A DNA stretch of 64,000 nucleotides from a bacterium (GTDB lineage Bacteria > Zhuqueibacterota > Zhuqueibacteria > Residuimicrobiales > Krinioviventaceae), in the NCBI GenBank assembly GCA_963693055.1, contig OY843751.1, positions 2,752,001-2,816,000 of the forward strand, read 5' to 3'. The notes beneath the pieces were generated by a model, which saw only the letters and a list, made by a program, of their open reading frames with translations, did not search any database and was not told the origin of the DNA. Of this stretch, positions 62,264-64,000 are shown piece after piece. Both the position numbers and the translations under genes were made by a program. How positions within the stretch are numbered: position 1 is the stretch's first letter; each line of letters starts with the position of its first letter.

Positions 62264-63619
62264 TTATAAAAATGCCTTCTGATCTAATAATGTGTTTTTT
62301 AATTTTTCAGTATTAATAAATGCCGGCATTTTCTTATCTTTTAATGCAATTGCTGCTGCAGTGCCCGCAGCCTGGCCAATACCCCATACAATGGGCTGCA
62401 CCCGCAATGATGAATGGGCTGCATGGTCTGAAGAAATGCATCGCGATGCAATGATGAGATTGTCAACATTCAGAGGAACAATACATCTATAAGGTATCTG
62501 GTAAAAAGTCCCATCTTTTAAATAATGGATTTCTGTGCCCGTACCTGTAGGATTATGAATATCAATTTCATATGACGCACAAACGATTGCATCATCAAAT
62601 TTGCGAGTATCGATCACATCCTCTTTTGTTAATTTGTAATGACCTATAATCCGTCTGGATTCCCGAACCCCAATCTGAGTTCCCATTTTCATCAAATAAG
62701 AATTCTCAAATCCCTTAATATTCTTTACTAGAAAACGGACCATATCATCAACCTGGCGGCGGCCTTCGATTTCAGCATCAGTAGATTCCCAACCGTCCAG
62801 AGATGATTTGCCGATAATACGGGTCGTATTGAAATGAACAACATCCTTGTGTACTGTTTTAAATTTCAATACATTTTCACGTGGATTCCTGACCGTTCCT
62901 TCAGCTTTGGCTTTATCGTACAGTGCATTAATTTCTTCTCTGGGGGGAACGCGATCAGTATCTACATTTGCCATTCGAAAGCTCATAGTCATGGGTTGAA
63001 ATGCATTATCTGCTTCCCTTCCAATCTCAAAAGGGGCCCCTGCCCATGTCGCAATATCTCCATCACCTGTCGAATCAATAAATATATCCGCACTAATATC
63101 TTCAATACCTCCCTTGTGAAAGACTTTGACTGCTTTAATAGTATTTCCATCTTTTAACACGCCAAAAGCGCTGGTATGTAAAAGCATATCAACACCAGAA
63201 TCCATCACAAAACGGTCTAAAAGCCACTTCATAGGTTCAGCATCAAAGCTCTTTCTGTTTTCAAGTATTGCTCCATTTTCAAGCATAATATCAACAAATT
63301 CTTCAAACAAGCCGCGTATGATGATTTTATCACCAGCGTTGTATTTCATATAGGGTTGTACCAATGCGCTAGTTGCCATACCTCCTAAAAAACCATATTT
63401 TTCAACAAGTAAAACCCTGGCACCATTGCGCGCTGCTGCAACTGCTGCCGGTACACCTCCAGGCCCCCCACCAATCACTACAACATCCCAATGTTTCATT
63501 TTAACCTTTTCAGGTTTGCTAGCAGTTTGCGCAAAACCTTCAATACCAGAAAATAAAAGTCCGGCAGTTGATAAGGATTTTAGAAAAAAACGTCTATCTG
63601 TTAACAGGTTCTTACTCAT
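62264..63619 (-). CDS. Tat-exported FAD-dependent oxidoreductase (PF12831-like)
   Basis: DRRFFLK; GGGPGG, IDSTGDGD, GVRESRRI, YQIPYRC, GQAAG. Confidence 0.88.
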   Translation of the reverse strand: MSKNLLTDRRFFLKSLSTAGLLFSGIEGFAQTASKPEKVKMKHWDVVVIGGGPGGVPAAVAAARNGARVLLVEKYGFLGGMATSALVQPYMKYNAGDKIIIRGLFEEFVDIMLENGAILENRKSFDAEPMKWLLDRFVMDSGVDMLLHTSAFGVLKDGNTIKAVKVFHKGGIEDISADIFIDSTGDGDIATWAGAPFEIGREADNAFQPMTMSFRMANVDTDRVPPREEINALYDKAKAEGTVRNPRENVLKFKTVHKDVVHFNTTRIIGKSSLDGWESTDAEIEGRRQVDDMVRFLVKNIKGFENSYLMKMGTQIGVRESRRIIGHYKLTKEDVIDTRKFDDAIVCASYEIDIHNPTGTGTEIHYLKDGTFYQIPYRCIVPLNVDNLIIASRCISSDHAAHSSLRVQPIVWGIGQAAGTAAAIALKDKKMPAFINTEKLKNTLLDQKAFL

Positions 63620-64000
63620 TATTTTTCCCATTTTTTGTTTTCATGTCAATGTGCATAATGCCATCTTCATCATACGGTTCGGAATATTGTTCAAATCCAA
63701 ATATTTCATAAAAAGCTTCAAGATGTTGTTGAGCGGATAAATGTATATCCATTCCCGGATAGAGTTTTTCTGTCTGCCGAATAGCTTCTTTTAACAATAA
63801 TTTCCCTATGCCGGTACCCCTTACTTTTGATGTTGTAATAATCCTGCCAATTGATGGACCGTTGAATCGGGCTCCCGGAAAAACAATTCTTGCATAGGCA
63901 ACAAGTTGACTATCAAGAAATCCCATCAAATGCCAGGATTGTTGGTCCAAATAATCCGCTTCCTGAAACGGGCAGTTTTGCTCTACAACGAATATTGCCT
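63612..64000 (-). CDS. elaA: ElaA-family GNAT acetyltransferase, 5' end outside the window
   Basis: Frame continues upstream as FVVEQNCPFQEAD; AYARI, IGRI, SAQ.HL..FY, EDGI.HI.M. Confidence 0.88.
   Translation of the reverse strand, partial: AIFVVEQNCPFQEADYLDQQSWHLMGFLDSQLVAYARIVFPGARFNGPSIGRIITTSKVRGTGIGKLLLKEAIRQTEKLYPGMDIHLSAQQHLEAFYEIFGFEQYSEPYDEDGIMHIDMKTKNGKNNE

Noticed and set aside
377-63740. Numerous 60-150 aa ORFs antisense to or nested in long genes
   Set aside because: They are shadow frames of well-supported CDSs with no motifs of their own.

Overview
AT-rich bacterial chromosome segment. Several secreted proteins end in an (N/P)YPNPFNP FlgD-Ig/T9SS-like tail, which suggests a KSB1/Calditrichota-like lineage (inference only). 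Positions 1-29.4 kb hold core and envelope genes: an ABC permease, a surface polysaccharide cluster, comM/yifB, 6S RNA, nfeD-SPFH, a redox cluster with two probable UGA-recoded selenoproteins, feoA with a TonB receptor, tdh-kbl and ispG. A tRNA-Pro(CGG) at 29377 is an integration hotspot. Displaced copies of its 3' end at 33.55 kb, about 45.0 kb (degenerate) and 48.0 kb delimit up to three tandem islands: (A) surface proteins; (B) a broken integrase, IS4/IS66 remnants, an FG-GAP/dockerin protein with a cohesin-like partner, and a hybrid two-component sensor; (C) about 3 kb of non-coding DNA carrying a cas-less CRISPR array between inverted 21-bp sites. The most unusual feature is the trailer end of that array. 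There, about 190-bp boxA-containing cassettes with heptamer-repeat arms sit singly and in tandem at one fixed position within the CRISPR repeat, each carrying its own variant repeat. Positions 48-64 kb hold leuS, a TPR protein and a hydrolase/oxidoreductase operon.
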